Below are positions 7,183 through 15,271 of a DNA stretch of 38,519 bases, piece by piece (within the stretch, counting starts at the first letter, position 1; each line of letters starts with the position of its first letter). The notes under the pieces are model-generated. The model was not told the origin of the DNA, did no database searches, and worked only from the letters and a program-made list of their open reading frames with translations. Location: the IMG/VR virus record IMGVR_UViG_3300037755_000446, positions 1-38,519 of that record; one strand, 5' to 3'. Both the position numbers and the translations under genes were made by a program. This DNA is from a virus. Its lineage: Duplodnaviria; Caudoviricetes.

Positions 7183-7821
7183 TCACTGCTCCGCCGGGAA
7201 GGTGGGGTCGTCGCCAGTCGGTGCGTCGGGCAGCTCGGACAGAACCACGATGAGCGCGTCGGCCTCGGTCGCCGTGAGTTCGCGTGACTTCCGGACGGTG
7301 CGCCCGGTGACCTGTCGCGCGAGTTCAAGCATCCGCGCGGAGTCGGCGCCTACCCGCTGCATCTGCGCGCCGATGATCGCCTCGTGGTCCGGGGTGATGC
7401 CGCCCGCCGATGTACCCCCCTGTGGCGCATCGGCGGGCAGCGGGTCGACCGTGTGCGGCTCGCGCTTGCCACGGGTGACGGTGAGCGCCATCGTCATTGG
7501 CCGGTCAATGTGGGAGAGGTGCGAGATCTTGATCCCACCGACCTCATCCCGCCCGAACTTCACCTCGGGGTCGCGGAAGAGGGTTATGCGCCCACCGGTG
7601 GGCCACTCATCGGACTCCTTGCCCCATGCCATGACGAGCACTCGCCGCATGGACTTCGAGGGGCGGTAGGGGTGGCCAGGGTTCTCAACGAGGTGGATGT
7701 TGAACGGCTGCTCGGTCGACCCCTTCGTGACACGGTCGACGGTGTAGGTGCGCGGCCCGGTGATCAGGTCATCCGCGTTCAGCTGGTCCGACTTCGGGGC
7801 GATGCTCTCGGTCAGGTCCAC
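7183..7821 (-). CDS. Conserved phage protein at the recombinase/ssDNA-annealing position
   Basis: IAPKSDQLNADDLI.GPRT...PSKSMRRVLVMAWG...TLFRDPEVKFG..VGGIKISHLSHI; near the exonuclease gene; acidic C-terminus. The function is inferred from position. Confidence 0.6.
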   Translation of the reverse strand: MDLTESIAPKSDQLNADDLITGPRTYTVDRVTKGSTEQPFNIHLVENPGHPYRPSKSMRRVLVMAWGKESDEWPTGGRITLFRDPEVKFGRDEVGGIKISHLSHIDRPMTMALTVTRGKREPHTVDPLPADAPQGGTSAGGITPDHEAIIGAQMQRVGADSARMLELARQVTGRTVRKSRELTATEADALIVVLSELPDAPTGDDPTFPAEQ

Positions 7822-7822
7822 G

Positions 7823-8143
7823 TCAGACCTCCAGTCCTCGACGGCTCAGGTACGCCTCTGCGGCGGCATGCTCGGCGGAGTTGCCGAACCCGTTGGCGGT
7901 TTCTTCCGCCCACTCCTGGTAGGTGTCTGGGCCGATGCCCTCGTCGTCCCAGGACGTCCACTCGAAGACGAACGTGGACGCGGCGCTGCACTCGGTGCAG
8001 GACACCCAGTCGTAGACCGTGCCGTCGAAGACGTACGTCGAGCGGGTGTAGGTCTCGCCCGGCTGGACGGCGACGGTGTAGCAGCAGCGGCACGTATGCG
8101 GCTTGCGAGCCCTGACCGTCTTCTCGCGCAGGAGCGTCGGCAT
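7823..8143 (-). CDS. Small Cys-rich (putative Zn-binding) protein, paralogue B
   Basis: MPTLLREKTVRARKPHTCRCC...CTEC; TGATG overlap with the exonuclease. Confidence 0.85.
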   Translation of the reverse strand: MPTLLREKTVRARKPHTCRCCYTVAVQPGETYTRSTYVFDGTVYDWVSCTECSAASTFVFEWTSWDDEGIGPDTYQEWAEETANGFGNSAEHAAAEAYLSRRGLEV

Positions 8144-9006
8144 CAGGCCACCATGTCTTCCAGGTCGAGGTCGATCAGGTACCAGATGGGCGGCGCGAGG
8201 ATGAGTGCCCCGTTCTCGTATCCGGGCCAGACGCCGGACTCCACGCACTCGCCGTGGCGTTCGAGCACGGTCCGCAACTTCAGGTCACCGCCGCGAATCC
8301 ATCCCTCGTCGGCGAGCTCGATCACCTGGACCCCGTGCGGTTCGTCGGTCTCCACGTAGATGTGCACCATGGGTCCGACGTCGTCACCGCGCGTGAGGTG
8401 GACGAGGTGCCGGTACATCGCGGCCTGGAGGTCGTAGTCGAAGTCGACGATGGCGCGGACGATCTTGCGGGGTGTCGCGTTCACGGCCGTCTTCAGGTCG
8501 ATGGGCTTCGTGCGCTCACCGGGGCGAGCGTCGGGCAGGTAGTCCAGGCGACCGCGGATCTCGATGCCGGTGTCGGGGTCGGTCGCGAACAGTGACACCT
8601 CAGGTTCGCCGGCGACCTCGAGCAGCCCGCGCGCCTCGGTGTTCATGAGCACGGCATTGGCGCATGCCTTGACCTTCTCGAACACGTCGGCCTTGAGCGG
8701 CACCTTGCCGTCCGCCCGGGCGTTCGCGATGAACTCCTTCGCAGCCGTCGTGCTCACCGCGCCGTTCGACGCAAGCACTGACTCCGGGATCTCGACGATG
8801 CCCATGCCGGTCCCGAGCACGAGGCCGTGGACGGCGTGGCCGAAGTCGAACTCCTTGCGCTCCTTGCGGTTGTTCAGCTCGTGGAGGTAGTGCGCCGGCG
8901 ATCGGAGGTAGTGCTTGCCCGTGGAGTACGACAGCGCGGGGTGGCTGTGGTAGACCTTCTCGTCGAGGTCGTGCACGACGCCGGACAACTCGGTTGTGGT
9001 GCTCAT
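8143..9006 (-). CDS. RecE/ExoVIII-like PD-(D/E)XK exonuclease
   Basis: YH..PALS...K..LRSPAHY, FDFGHAVHGLVL, PEVSLF...RGRLD...IDLKT...YDLQAAMY. Confidence 0.9.
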   Translation of the reverse strand: MSTTTELSGVVHDLDEKVYHSHPALSYSTGKHYLRSPAHYLHELNNRKERKEFDFGHAVHGLVLGTGMGIVEIPESVLASNGAVSTTAAKEFIANARADGKVPLKADVFEKVKACANAVLMNTEARGLLEVAGEPEVSLFATDPDTGIEIRGRLDYLPDARPGERTKPIDLKTAVNATPRKIVRAIVDFDYDLQAAMYRHLVHLTRGDDVGPMVHIYVETDEPHGVQVIELADEGWIRGGDLKLRTVLERHGECVESGVWPGYENGALILAPPIWYLIDLDLEDMVA

Positions 9007-9323
9007 GACCCGCTCCCGGTGAGCGTCATCCGGAGCCCGTCGGCGACCGCGCGCCAGTTCTCGCGTTCCCGTGACGACGTGACGTTCTCGAATGCCTCAG
9101 GGGTGGTGCCCCATCCGGCCGCGGTCCGGTGGAGGTGCCACAGCGTTCGGGCAAGTGCGTCGGCCTGGTCGCCGTCAGACAGCGCGGCGGTGAGGGCGCG
9201 TTCGGCGAACATCAGACCGAACGCTTCGGCGTCGCCCGTGATGGACGCGGCGGCGAGCTCGTACCACCTCTTCGTGATGGCGGTTGCTGCTCGCCCGACG
9301 GCGGGCGTGATCGCGGCAGTCAT
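9003..9323 (-). CDS. Hypothetical protein
   Basis: ATGA-coupled operon member. Confidence 0.7.
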   Translation of the reverse strand: MTAAITPAVGRAATAITKRWYELAAASITGDAEAFGLMFAERALTAALSDGDQADALARTLWHLHRTAAGWGTTPEAFENVTSSRERENWRAVADGLRMTLTGSGS

Positions 9324-9571
9324 GCGTTCACCTCGTTCATGATGTCGGCGGCGGTCCTGACCATGGAGGTCCGACGCCGGGTGTGCGTGGGTCGAACGGG
9401 CACAGTGCGCGGGGAAGCGGTTGCGGCGCGGGCTCGTGGCGCGTGCATGGTCACGGGTCGCGGTGTCGGGTCGGACTTCGCGTACAGGTCGCCTGTGAGT
9501 AGCGGACTCACGCCGAATTCCAGGGCGGCCAGGAACGTGGCGCGCGCGTCGGGGTTGTGCTGCCCGCTCAT
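9320..9571 (-). CDS. Hypothetical protein
   Basis: ATGA-coupled; GGAGG RBS. Confidence 0.65.
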   Translation of the reverse strand: MSGQHNPDARATFLAALEFGVSPLLTGDLYAKSDPTPRPVTMHAPRARAATASPRTVPVRPTHTRRRTSMVRTAADIMNEVNA

Positions 9572-9975
9572 ACCGTCACCTCCGCAGGTGTGACGGCCAC
9601 GAGCTGGGACACGAGGTGTGGCACGGGCAGCAACGCGCTGTGCAGTCGCTGCTGTCGCACCCGCTGGAGTTCCGCACTGGCCTCACGCAGCGTCCACCGC
9701 CAAGCCCCGCGACCACGTGGCCAGTCCTTGCGGGCGGCGTGGTTCCCGTCGCCGCAGTGGCACACCGCATGCTCCTTGCGCCACGTGACGGCGTACGTCT
9801 CGCCCTCGATGACGAGCCCGTCCATGCGCTCGACGTCGCTCCCGGCTGCATGGAGTGCCAGGAGGATCTGCCGGCCACGTCGACCCATGGCTGGGACAGT
9901 GGCGAGTTCGGCGACGAGTCGGAGGACATCGGGGAGATCGGCCTGGAGGTCGGGTGCCTCCTGCTCGGCGGTCAT
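9568..9975 (-). CDS. Hypothetical protein
   Basis: Start reassigned to ATG 9975 (ATGA overlap). Confidence 0.65.
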   Translation of the reverse strand: MTAEQEAPDLQADLPDVLRLVAELATVPAMGRRGRQILLALHAAGSDVERMDGLVIEGETYAVTWRKEHAVCHCGDGNHAARKDWPRGRGAWRWTLREASAELQRVRQQRLHSALLPVPHLVSQLVAVTPAEVTV

Positions 9976-10259
9976 GAGTCGGCTCGCTTCGTCGGCACCT
10001 CGTGGCGGCACGGCTTGACGTCGGGGTAGTTGCCCGTGGGGTCGTCGACTGCACGCTCGTCGGGGAAGCGCCACTCGCGCATGACGGGCACCTCACGCTC
10101 GCCCTTCATGCCCCACTCGGTGTAGACCTCGGGCGCGCCGTACGTGCCCCCGAGGTCGGTCTTCCCGGCGTACGGGGTGGTGTGCTCGCTGTGGCGGATG
10201 ACGTCGGCCACCTCGCATGCGATCTCGACCCACGGCACGGGCGTGATCTCGGCGCTCAT
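9972..10259 (-). CDS. Hypothetical protein
   Basis: ATGA-coupled. Confidence 0.7.
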   Translation of the reverse strand: MSAEITPVPWVEIACEVADVIRHSEHTTPYAGKTDLGGTYGAPEVYTEWGMKGEREVPVMREWRFPDERAVDDPTGNYPDVKPCRHEVPTKRADS

Positions 10260-10522
10260 GCCAGATCCCCAATCACTTCGTTGACGACATCCGTGAGGAC
10301 GTACTTCCCGTGCGCGTACCGGAGGGTCCAGCGGTCACCGACGCGGGGTTCGGCCTGCGACGGGTCGAGGAGGGACCACACGGGGCTCGGGGACCATCCC
10401 GAGTGATCGCCTACGGTCAGCCAAGTGGTGCGACGGACCTCGGTGAGCACACCGCCCGTGTTGCTGGTTCCGGCGGTCCGCTGCTCGTACGTCGCGTCGT
10501 CCGTGACGATAAGGCGGCTCAT
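10256..10522 (-). CDS. Hypothetical protein
   Basis: ATGA-coupled. Confidence 0.7.
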   Translation of the reverse strand: MSRLIVTDDATYEQRTAGTSNTGGVLTEVRRTTWLTVGDHSGWSPSPVWSLLDPSQAEPRVGDRWTLRYAHGKYVLTDVVNEVIGDLA

Positions 10523-10986
10523 CGGGACTCACCCCGCAGGAGGTCCAGGACGGCGTCGGCAGCCTTCGTGGCCACGTCTGGGTAGAGGCCGTAGTTGCCC
10601 GTGGCCTTGTCGGCGGCCATGATCGCCTCGGCCACCTGATCGCGCGTCGGCAGCGGGCGGGTCTCGTCCGGCACGAAGTCGGCGACCTGCCAGTCGTCGT
10701 GCCGGTTCTGGCCCTCGCCCTTCACGTCGCCAGCAGGTGCGAAGAAGGTCACCGACACCCAGGGCTGGGTTACGCCGTCGAGCCGCATGACGCGGACGTT
10801 CGGGATGGTGCGCACCGTCGCTGTGCCGCTCGTCCCCGGCTTCCATTCGGGCTTGGGCGCGGGCTGGTCACGTCGAACCAGGAACAGGCTGCCGGCGCTC
10901 TCGCACCCCCTGCCCAAGATCACGTCGTCGCGCTTGAGGTTGTCCGCGCTGGACCAGACCTCTTCCGTCACTGTGTGGTCAGTCAT
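10519..10986 (-). CDS. Hypothetical protein
   Basis: Start reassigned to ATG 10986 (MTDHTVTEE), ATGA overlap. Confidence 0.7.
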   Translation of the reverse strand: MTDHTVTEEVWSSADNLKRDDVILGRGCESAGSLFLVRRDQPAPKPEWKPGTSGTATVRTIPNVRVMRLDGVTQPWVSVTFFAPAGDVKGEGQNRHDDWQVADFVPDETRPLPTRDQVAEAIMAADKATGNYGLYPDVATKAADAVLDLLRGESR

Positions 10987-11495
10987 CGCGCGTCGCCTCG
11001 TCCCTGCTCGTCGAGATTCGGGAAGTTCAGCCAGGCGAACTCTCCGTAGGAGTCCTTGGCAGCCGTGTCGTATGCACGGGCTGCTTTCTCGGGGGTGGAG
11101 AAGAGGCCCAGATACCGGGTGACTCCGCTGACCGCGATCTTCGCCTGCCAGGACCGGCACTCCTTGTTCCAGGTGACCCCCTTGAAGCCGGACGTGTTGT
11201 TTGACTGGAGGCCACGGTTCGCACCGTTCTGCTGCTTGGTCGCCTCACGCAGGTTGACCCTGCGGTTGTCGAGGCCGTTCCGGTTGATGTGGTCCACCAG
11301 CGGCCAGCCAGTCAGGAAGGTGTGGAGGTGCTGGTTCACGCGTGGCCCATCGGCGACGAGCCTGACCTTTCGCTTGGCGTAGAAGGTCTTCCCGCACCGA
11401 TACGCGTGCCAAGACGTGGCGGCCACGACTCGGGCGTAGTCCTCGTCGTCGACCAGGGCCGCGAGCCCCTGGGTCAGCGGGATCTCGGTGCTCAT
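10983..11495 (-). CDS. HNH endonuclease with AP2 domain (copy 1)
   Basis: IPLTQG..ALVD, VDHINRNGLDNRRVNLREAT..QN..N, NTSGFKGV...WQAKI...YLGLF...AARAYD. Confidence 0.92.
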   Translation of the reverse strand: MSTEIPLTQGLAALVDDEDYARVVAATSWHAYRCGKTFYAKRKVRLVADGPRVNQHLHTFLTGWPLVDHINRNGLDNRRVNLREATKQQNGANRGLQSNNTSGFKGVTWNKECRSWQAKIAVSGVTRYLGLFSTPEKAARAYDTAAKDSYGEFAWLNFPNLDEQGRGDAR

Positions 11496-11686
11496 GAACG
11501 ATCCGTTCTGGGGAGTGTGTGGATGTGCTTGGCGTGCCGCCGGTGGATGGCGATCCGGAGGCGCTGCGTGATGCGGGCGGTCAGGCGTCCGAGTCCCGGG
11601 CCGACGACGTCCACGATCAGCAGGGTCCAGATCGTCAGGACGAACAGGCCGACGGCGATGAAGTACGCCAGGCTGAAGGCGTCCAT
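11492..11686 (-). CDS. Small membrane protein
   Basis: N-terminal hydrophobic helix and basic tail. Confidence 0.7.
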   Translation of the reverse strand: MDAFSLAYFIAVGLFVLTIWTLLIVDVVGPGLGRLTARITQRLRIAIHRRHAKHIHTLPRTDRS

Positions 11687-11835
11687 CAGTCCTGCTCCCC
11701 GTAGTCCTTGCCGAGCGCGTCACGTGTGAGCGCGAACGCCTGCTCGTCGGTGAAACCGGCATCCACGTACGCCTGGAAGAACTGGAAGGCGATCGTGGCG
11801 GCCATGCGGATATCGGCGTGCGGCTCGACGTTCAC
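11686..11835 (-). CDS. Hypothetical protein (49 aa, ...AYVDAGFTDEQAFAL...)
   Basis: Read by hand: GTG 11835 with GGAGG RBS, GTGA and TGATG overlaps. Below the ORF-track length cutoff. Confidence 0.7.
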   Translation of the reverse strand: MNVEPHADIRMAATIAFQFFQAYVDAGFTDEQAFALTRDALGKDYGEQD

Positions 11836-12233
11836 GACGTCGCCTCCGTGTAGACCTTCCACGCCTCGTGGATGTCGAGCTGCCCGCCGTACCCGTGCGC
11901 CACGGACCGGACCACGGCCAGCAGTTCGGCGATCGGCGTGCGCGGGTGCTCCTCGTTCTCGGCCTGGAGTTGCGCGATCTCCTGCTCGTAGATGTCCGGG
12001 TCGAGTCCGGCACTGCCGATCAGGTCCCGCATGCCGCCGACGGATCGGGGTCCGAGGGGGCGGGTGACGGGTGTCGCCTCCGAGTGCGAGAACGTGATGT
12101 CATCGCCGGCCAGGTCGGACGGAGTGCCGTGGTACTTCCACCCGTCCGCGTTGGGCGCGTGGTTGACGACGACGAACGTGCGGCCACGGACGACGAGGTG
12201 CGTGCCGTTCCTGTACGGCTCCGGGGCGGTCAC
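11832..12233 (-). CDS. Hypothetical protein
   Basis: Coupled operon member. Confidence 0.7.
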   Translation of the reverse strand: MTAPEPYRNGTHLVVRGRTFVVVNHAPNADGWKYHGTPSDLAGDDITFSHSEATPVTRPLGPRSVGGMRDLIGSAGLDPDIYEQEIAQLQAENEEHPRTPIAELLAVVRSVAHGYGGQLDIHEAWKVYTEATS

Positions 12234-12556
12234 AGGACTCGCCGCGCAGCGTCGGCAAGTTCGGTGAGTTCGGCCGTCACGTTCTCCGGCAGCACCAGCA
12301 CCGGCTTACGGTGCAGGTCGGTCGCGATCAGCACTGCCCGGTAGTGGCGCTCGGGGCGGTAGGTGTTCTCCTCCCAGCCCTCCGTCATCCCGTCGGACAG
12401 GGTGCGGACGCCGACGACGATCCCGGCGTACGTACCGTTCTTCCACGGGTCCGGCTCCCACACCTTGCGGCGCAGGTTGGCGAGCGGGCGGGTGCGGTGC
12501 AGCGGCCGAGTGAACTTGACCCGGGCGCCGAGCTTGAACAGGTCGGTGTCGCTCAT
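12230..12556 (-). CDS. Hypothetical protein (possibly SH3-like beta fold)
   Basis: FKLGARVKF...GIVVGVR; coupled overlaps. Confidence 0.7.
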   Translation of the reverse strand: MSDTDLFKLGARVKFTRPLHRTRPLANLRRKVWEPDPWKNGTYAGIVVGVRTLSDGMTEGWEENTYRPERHYRAVLIATDLHRKPVLVLPENVTAELTELADAARRVL

Positions 12557-12915
12557 GACGTCGCCTCGGGAATCAGGTGCATGACAGCCAGGGTCACGGC
12601 ACTCCGATAGGTGTTGATCGACGAGTCGGGCGACGTGCCGCGCCCGAACCCGAGTTCAGCCCGGACGAAGATCAGATGCCCGTCGTCCTCGTCGCGGTGC
12701 TCCTGGATCTTGGATCCGGGGTGGCGTGCGGCGAAGTTCCGCACGGCATCTTCGGACCGGACGTACATCGTCAGCGACTCGCCCTGGTCCGAGTGGCCGC
12801 GCTCGTCGAGGAGCTGCACGCCGTCGAAGGCGTCGGTGTCGATGAGGTCAGCGGCGGCACGGAGAGCGGTGGTGAACTCCGCCGTGTCCAACGTCGCGCG
12901 GTCGGTGGCGCTCAT
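12553..12915 (-). CDS. Hypothetical protein
   Basis: Start reassigned to ATG 12915 (AGGAG RBS, ATGA overlap). Confidence 0.7.
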   Translation of the reverse strand: MSATDRATLDTAEFTTALRAAADLIDTDAFDGVQLLDERGHSDQGESLTMYVRSEDAVRNFAARHPGSKIQEHRDEDDGHLIFVRAELGFGRGTSPDSSINTYRSAVTLAVMHLIPEATS

Positions 12916-13466
12916 GCTGCATCTCCTGCGACCTGCGCCAGGTACGCGGACACCTCGGCGGCGAGACCGTCGCCCGCCATGGCCGACGCAACGACGTCGT
13001 CGTAGACCGGCGAGTCGATCGGCATCGTCTCGTGCCGCAGTTCCTTCGCGCGCTGGATCCACGATGCGACCGAGTCGGCAGAGACCTCGCCACCCGTGTA
13101 CGGCTCGTAGTCGCCCTCGTGCGGCGCGGGCAGCTCCGTGTCCTCGGGCTGCTTGACGAAGACCGTGACGGGCTCCGACGACGGCTCCTCGTGCTCACCC
13201 TCGCGGGTCAGCTCGGCGGCGTGGAACTTCATCGGCGTGGGGTCGCCGTCGAGGATGACGGTGATGACCCATGGGCCGTACGGGTCGTTCTCGTCCGTGG
13301 TGAACGTGGTCGCGGTGACTCGCCCGTGGTGGCCGCCGAGGAACATGGCGTCCATCGCGTGGGGGCTGACGACGACGCGCTCACCGATGGCGAACGGCGG
13401 GGGTGATGCGGGCTCCTGCGGGTCTGCGGCGAGGTGGCGCCGAGTCCACTGCTCAAACGGGTTCAT
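12912..13466 (-). CDS. Hypothetical protein (N-terminal SH3-like beta domain)
   Basis: ATG 13466 with GAAGGA RBS; FAIGERVVV...GRVTA...VILDG...FHAAEL. Confidence 0.7.
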   Translation of the reverse strand: MNPFEQWTRRHLAADPQEPASPPPFAIGERVVVSPHAMDAMFLGGHHGRVTATTFTTDENDPYGPWVITVILDGDPTPMKFHAAELTREGEHEEPSSEPVTVFVKQPEDTELPAPHEGDYEPYTGGEVSADSVASWIQRAKELRHETMPIDSPVYDDVVASAMAGDGLAAEVSAYLAQVAGDAA

Positions 13467-13489
13467 GATGTATCCTTCGGGTGACGGGT

Positions 13490-13513
13490 GGACCGCTCCT
13501 TCGGGAGCGGTCC
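13490..13513. terminator. Strong GC hairpin in the intergenic gap after xis
   Basis: GGACCGCTCC-TTCG-GGAGCGGTCC, a 10-bp perfect stem. T-rich tail only on the plus strand. Confidence 0.6.
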
Positions 13514-13527
13514 GCTTTGCGTTGTGG

Positions 13528-13776
13528 CTACTTGCGGCGATTCCTCGACTTCGAGGACTGCTCGCGTAGTGGGTCCGAGCCGTCGGCGTCATCGCCGCTG
13601 TCGCCGCCCGGAAGGACGGCGAACGAGCGGATGAACGTCTCCGCCTGGGCCGGCGTGAACCGGATGGATCGACCTACGCGAAGGTGCTCGAACTTCGGCA
13701 CCCGACGACGGATCCAGTCGGCGGACTTCTCGAGCCGCTCGGCCAGATCGTCAATGGAGACGGTTTCGCCGATCAT
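13528..13776 (-). CDS. xis: Excisionase-like winged-helix protein
   Basis: SIDDLAERLEKSADWIRR...HLRVGRSIRFT: HTH_17/MerR-like pattern; early operon position. Confidence 0.75.
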   Translation of the reverse strand: MIGETVSIDDLAERLEKSADWIRRRVPKFEHLRVGRSIRFTPAQAETFIRSFAVLPGGDSGDDADGSDPLREQSSKSRNRRK

Positions 13777-14270
13777 CGAGTCGCCTCCGACAGGTTTGGC
13801 CTGGCGAACTCCCCGAACAGCTCCCGAGCAGCGTCGTCATATGCCCTAGCCGCCGCTTCGGCAGTTGCAAAAGTGCCGAGGCTGCGGTCAGTCCCGTGCG
13901 CCTTGATTCGCGCGGACCATCGCCCCGACTTTGTCGGAGCGACGCCCTTGTACCCCGACCGGTTGTTGCGGTTGAGGCCACGGTTTCGGTTGTTCTCGGC
14001 GCGCGTGGCCTCACGGAGATTCACACGTCGGTTATCGAGCCCGTCGCCGTTGATGTGATCCACGAGCGGCCAGCCGGTCAGGAACGTGTGGAGTGACTGC
14101 GTCGTGTGCCTGCCGGAAGCCCTGACGTTCCGCTGTGCGTAGGGGCGCCGTCCGTGGTCGGGGTTCGTCTGCCACGGGCCGGCGGCCATTACCGCTGCGT
14201 AGTCAGAGGCGTCCACGAGCGCGGAAAGCCCCCGAGTGAGGGGGATTGACAGGGTCGTGTCGAGGGCCAT
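13773..14270 (-). CDS. HNH endonuclease with AP2 domain (copy 2)
   Basis: IPLTRG..ALVD, VDHINGDGLDNRRVNLREAT, NRSGYKGV, LGTFATAEAAARAYD. Confidence 0.92.
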   Translation of the reverse strand: MALDTTLSIPLTRGLSALVDASDYAAVMAAGPWQTNPDHGRRPYAQRNVRASGRHTTQSLHTFLTGWPLVDHINGDGLDNRRVNLREATRAENNRNRGLNRNNRSGYKGVAPTKSGRWSARIKAHGTDRSLGTFATAEAAARAYDDAARELFGEFARPNLSEATR

Positions 14271-14273
14271 GAC

Positions 14274-14501
14274 CTACTCCCCTGACGGGAGGAAGATCTT
14301 GGGGTCGAGTTCGAGCAGCGAGCAGATCTGCACGATGCGGTCCGCGCGGACCTGCCATCCCTGCTCTGCCCATGTGGCGACCGTGCGGCGTTGGACGCCC
14401 ATACGGTTCGCGAGTTCGGCCCGTGTCAGTCCCTTGCGGACTCGCATCAGGTCGACGTATTCGGAGAGGGTGACCTCTGCTGAGATCGTCGGCTTCTGCA
14501 T
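14274..14501 (-). CDS. cro: Cro-like XRE HTH regulator
   Basis: RKGLTRAELANRMGVQRRTVATW; divergent from the repressor; first gene of the early operon. Confidence 0.85.
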   Translation of the reverse strand: MQKPTISAEVTLSEYVDLMRVRKGLTRAELANRMGVQRRTVATWAEQGWQVRADRIVQICSLLELDPKIFLPSGE

Positions 14502-14663
14502 GACCTCACACTAGCCGCATGTACATGCGACGGTCAACACGAACATGCGGTGGTGAGGGAGAACATGCGGCGGGCATGCGAAGCGGCAGGTCAGCACCCG
14601 TTCCTTATGACGAAACCGCACGTACGGTAGCGCGACCGCACGTTCGTGCGGTAAATTTGCGGG
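14502..14663. promoter_or_regulatory. Lysis/lysogeny switch: divergent promoters and operators
   Basis: Leftward TTGACC (14532-37)-N18-TAGTGT (14508-13) with palindrome CGCATGTACATGCG (14516-29) in the spacer. GAACATGCGG at 14541 and 14561. ACCGCACGTTCGTGCGGT at 14635-52. Rightward -10 TAAATT at 14652-57. Confidence 0.85.
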
Positions 14664-14990
14664 ATGGACCCTAACGAGAGTGACGACGTGACCCTGGCTC
14701 GCGAGGCGTTCGCCAGAGCGCTGCGCGTGAAGATGATCGAGGGGGGTGTGAACATCCGCGACCTCGCCCACCGCACACGCGAGGGTGGAGCCGTCGGCAT
14801 GGCCGAAACCACGCTCGGCAGGTATGTCCGCGCGGAGCAGTCTCCACGCTGGACCGAGCAGGTCCTACTGGCCGACGCGCTGGGCGTGGACGTGGTTGAT
14901 CTGATCGCCTATGCGGTGGCCGAGTTCGAGCTGCTCAAGGGCGGCGGCGCTTCCAAGAGGGCCACCCGCATCCGCCGAATCACCCACTAA
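14664..14990 (+). CDS. Immunity repressor (XRE HTH)
   Basis: VNIRDLAHR...MAETTLGRYVRAEQSP...LADALGVDVVDL; divergent from cro. Confidence 0.8.
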   Translation: MDPNESDDVTLAREAFARALRVKMIEGGVNIRDLAHRTREGGAVGMAETTLGRYVRAEQSPRWTEQVLLADALGVDVVDLIAYAVAEFELLKGGGASKRATRIRRITH

Positions 14991-15077
14991 CTCGACAGTT
15001 CACCCGTTGCCTAGGCACACGAAATCCTCCGCAGAGGGTTAGCGTGGGGCCACCAATGAAGCAGCAGGGGAGTCAGT

Positions 15078-15260
15078 GTGGACATGTCCCGATGTATCTG
15101 GCAGAAGCTCGCCAACGCGGGGGCCAACGTGCCCCTCGATCCAGCGGACCTCGATGCGACGCACCTCATCATCGCGGCGGCGTCCGGAGTGGACGTCGCC
15201 GCGATGATGAAGGACGTTACGACGCCGCCTGGATCTGCAGGACACCTTCGGTCGGCGTGA
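15078..15260 (+). CDS. Small hypothetical protein downstream of the repressor
   Basis: GGGGAG RBS; fills the gap and converges on int. Confidence 0.55.
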   Translation: MDMSRCIWQKLANAGANVPLDPADLDATHLIIAAASGVDVAAMMKDVTTPPGSAGHLRSA

Positions 15261-15271
15261 GATCGACCGGG

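Noticed and set aside
1158-8143. Paralogous pair as a diversity-generating retroelement template/variable repeat
   Set aside because: No reverse transcriptase is present, differences are not confined to adenines, and both copies are full ORFs.
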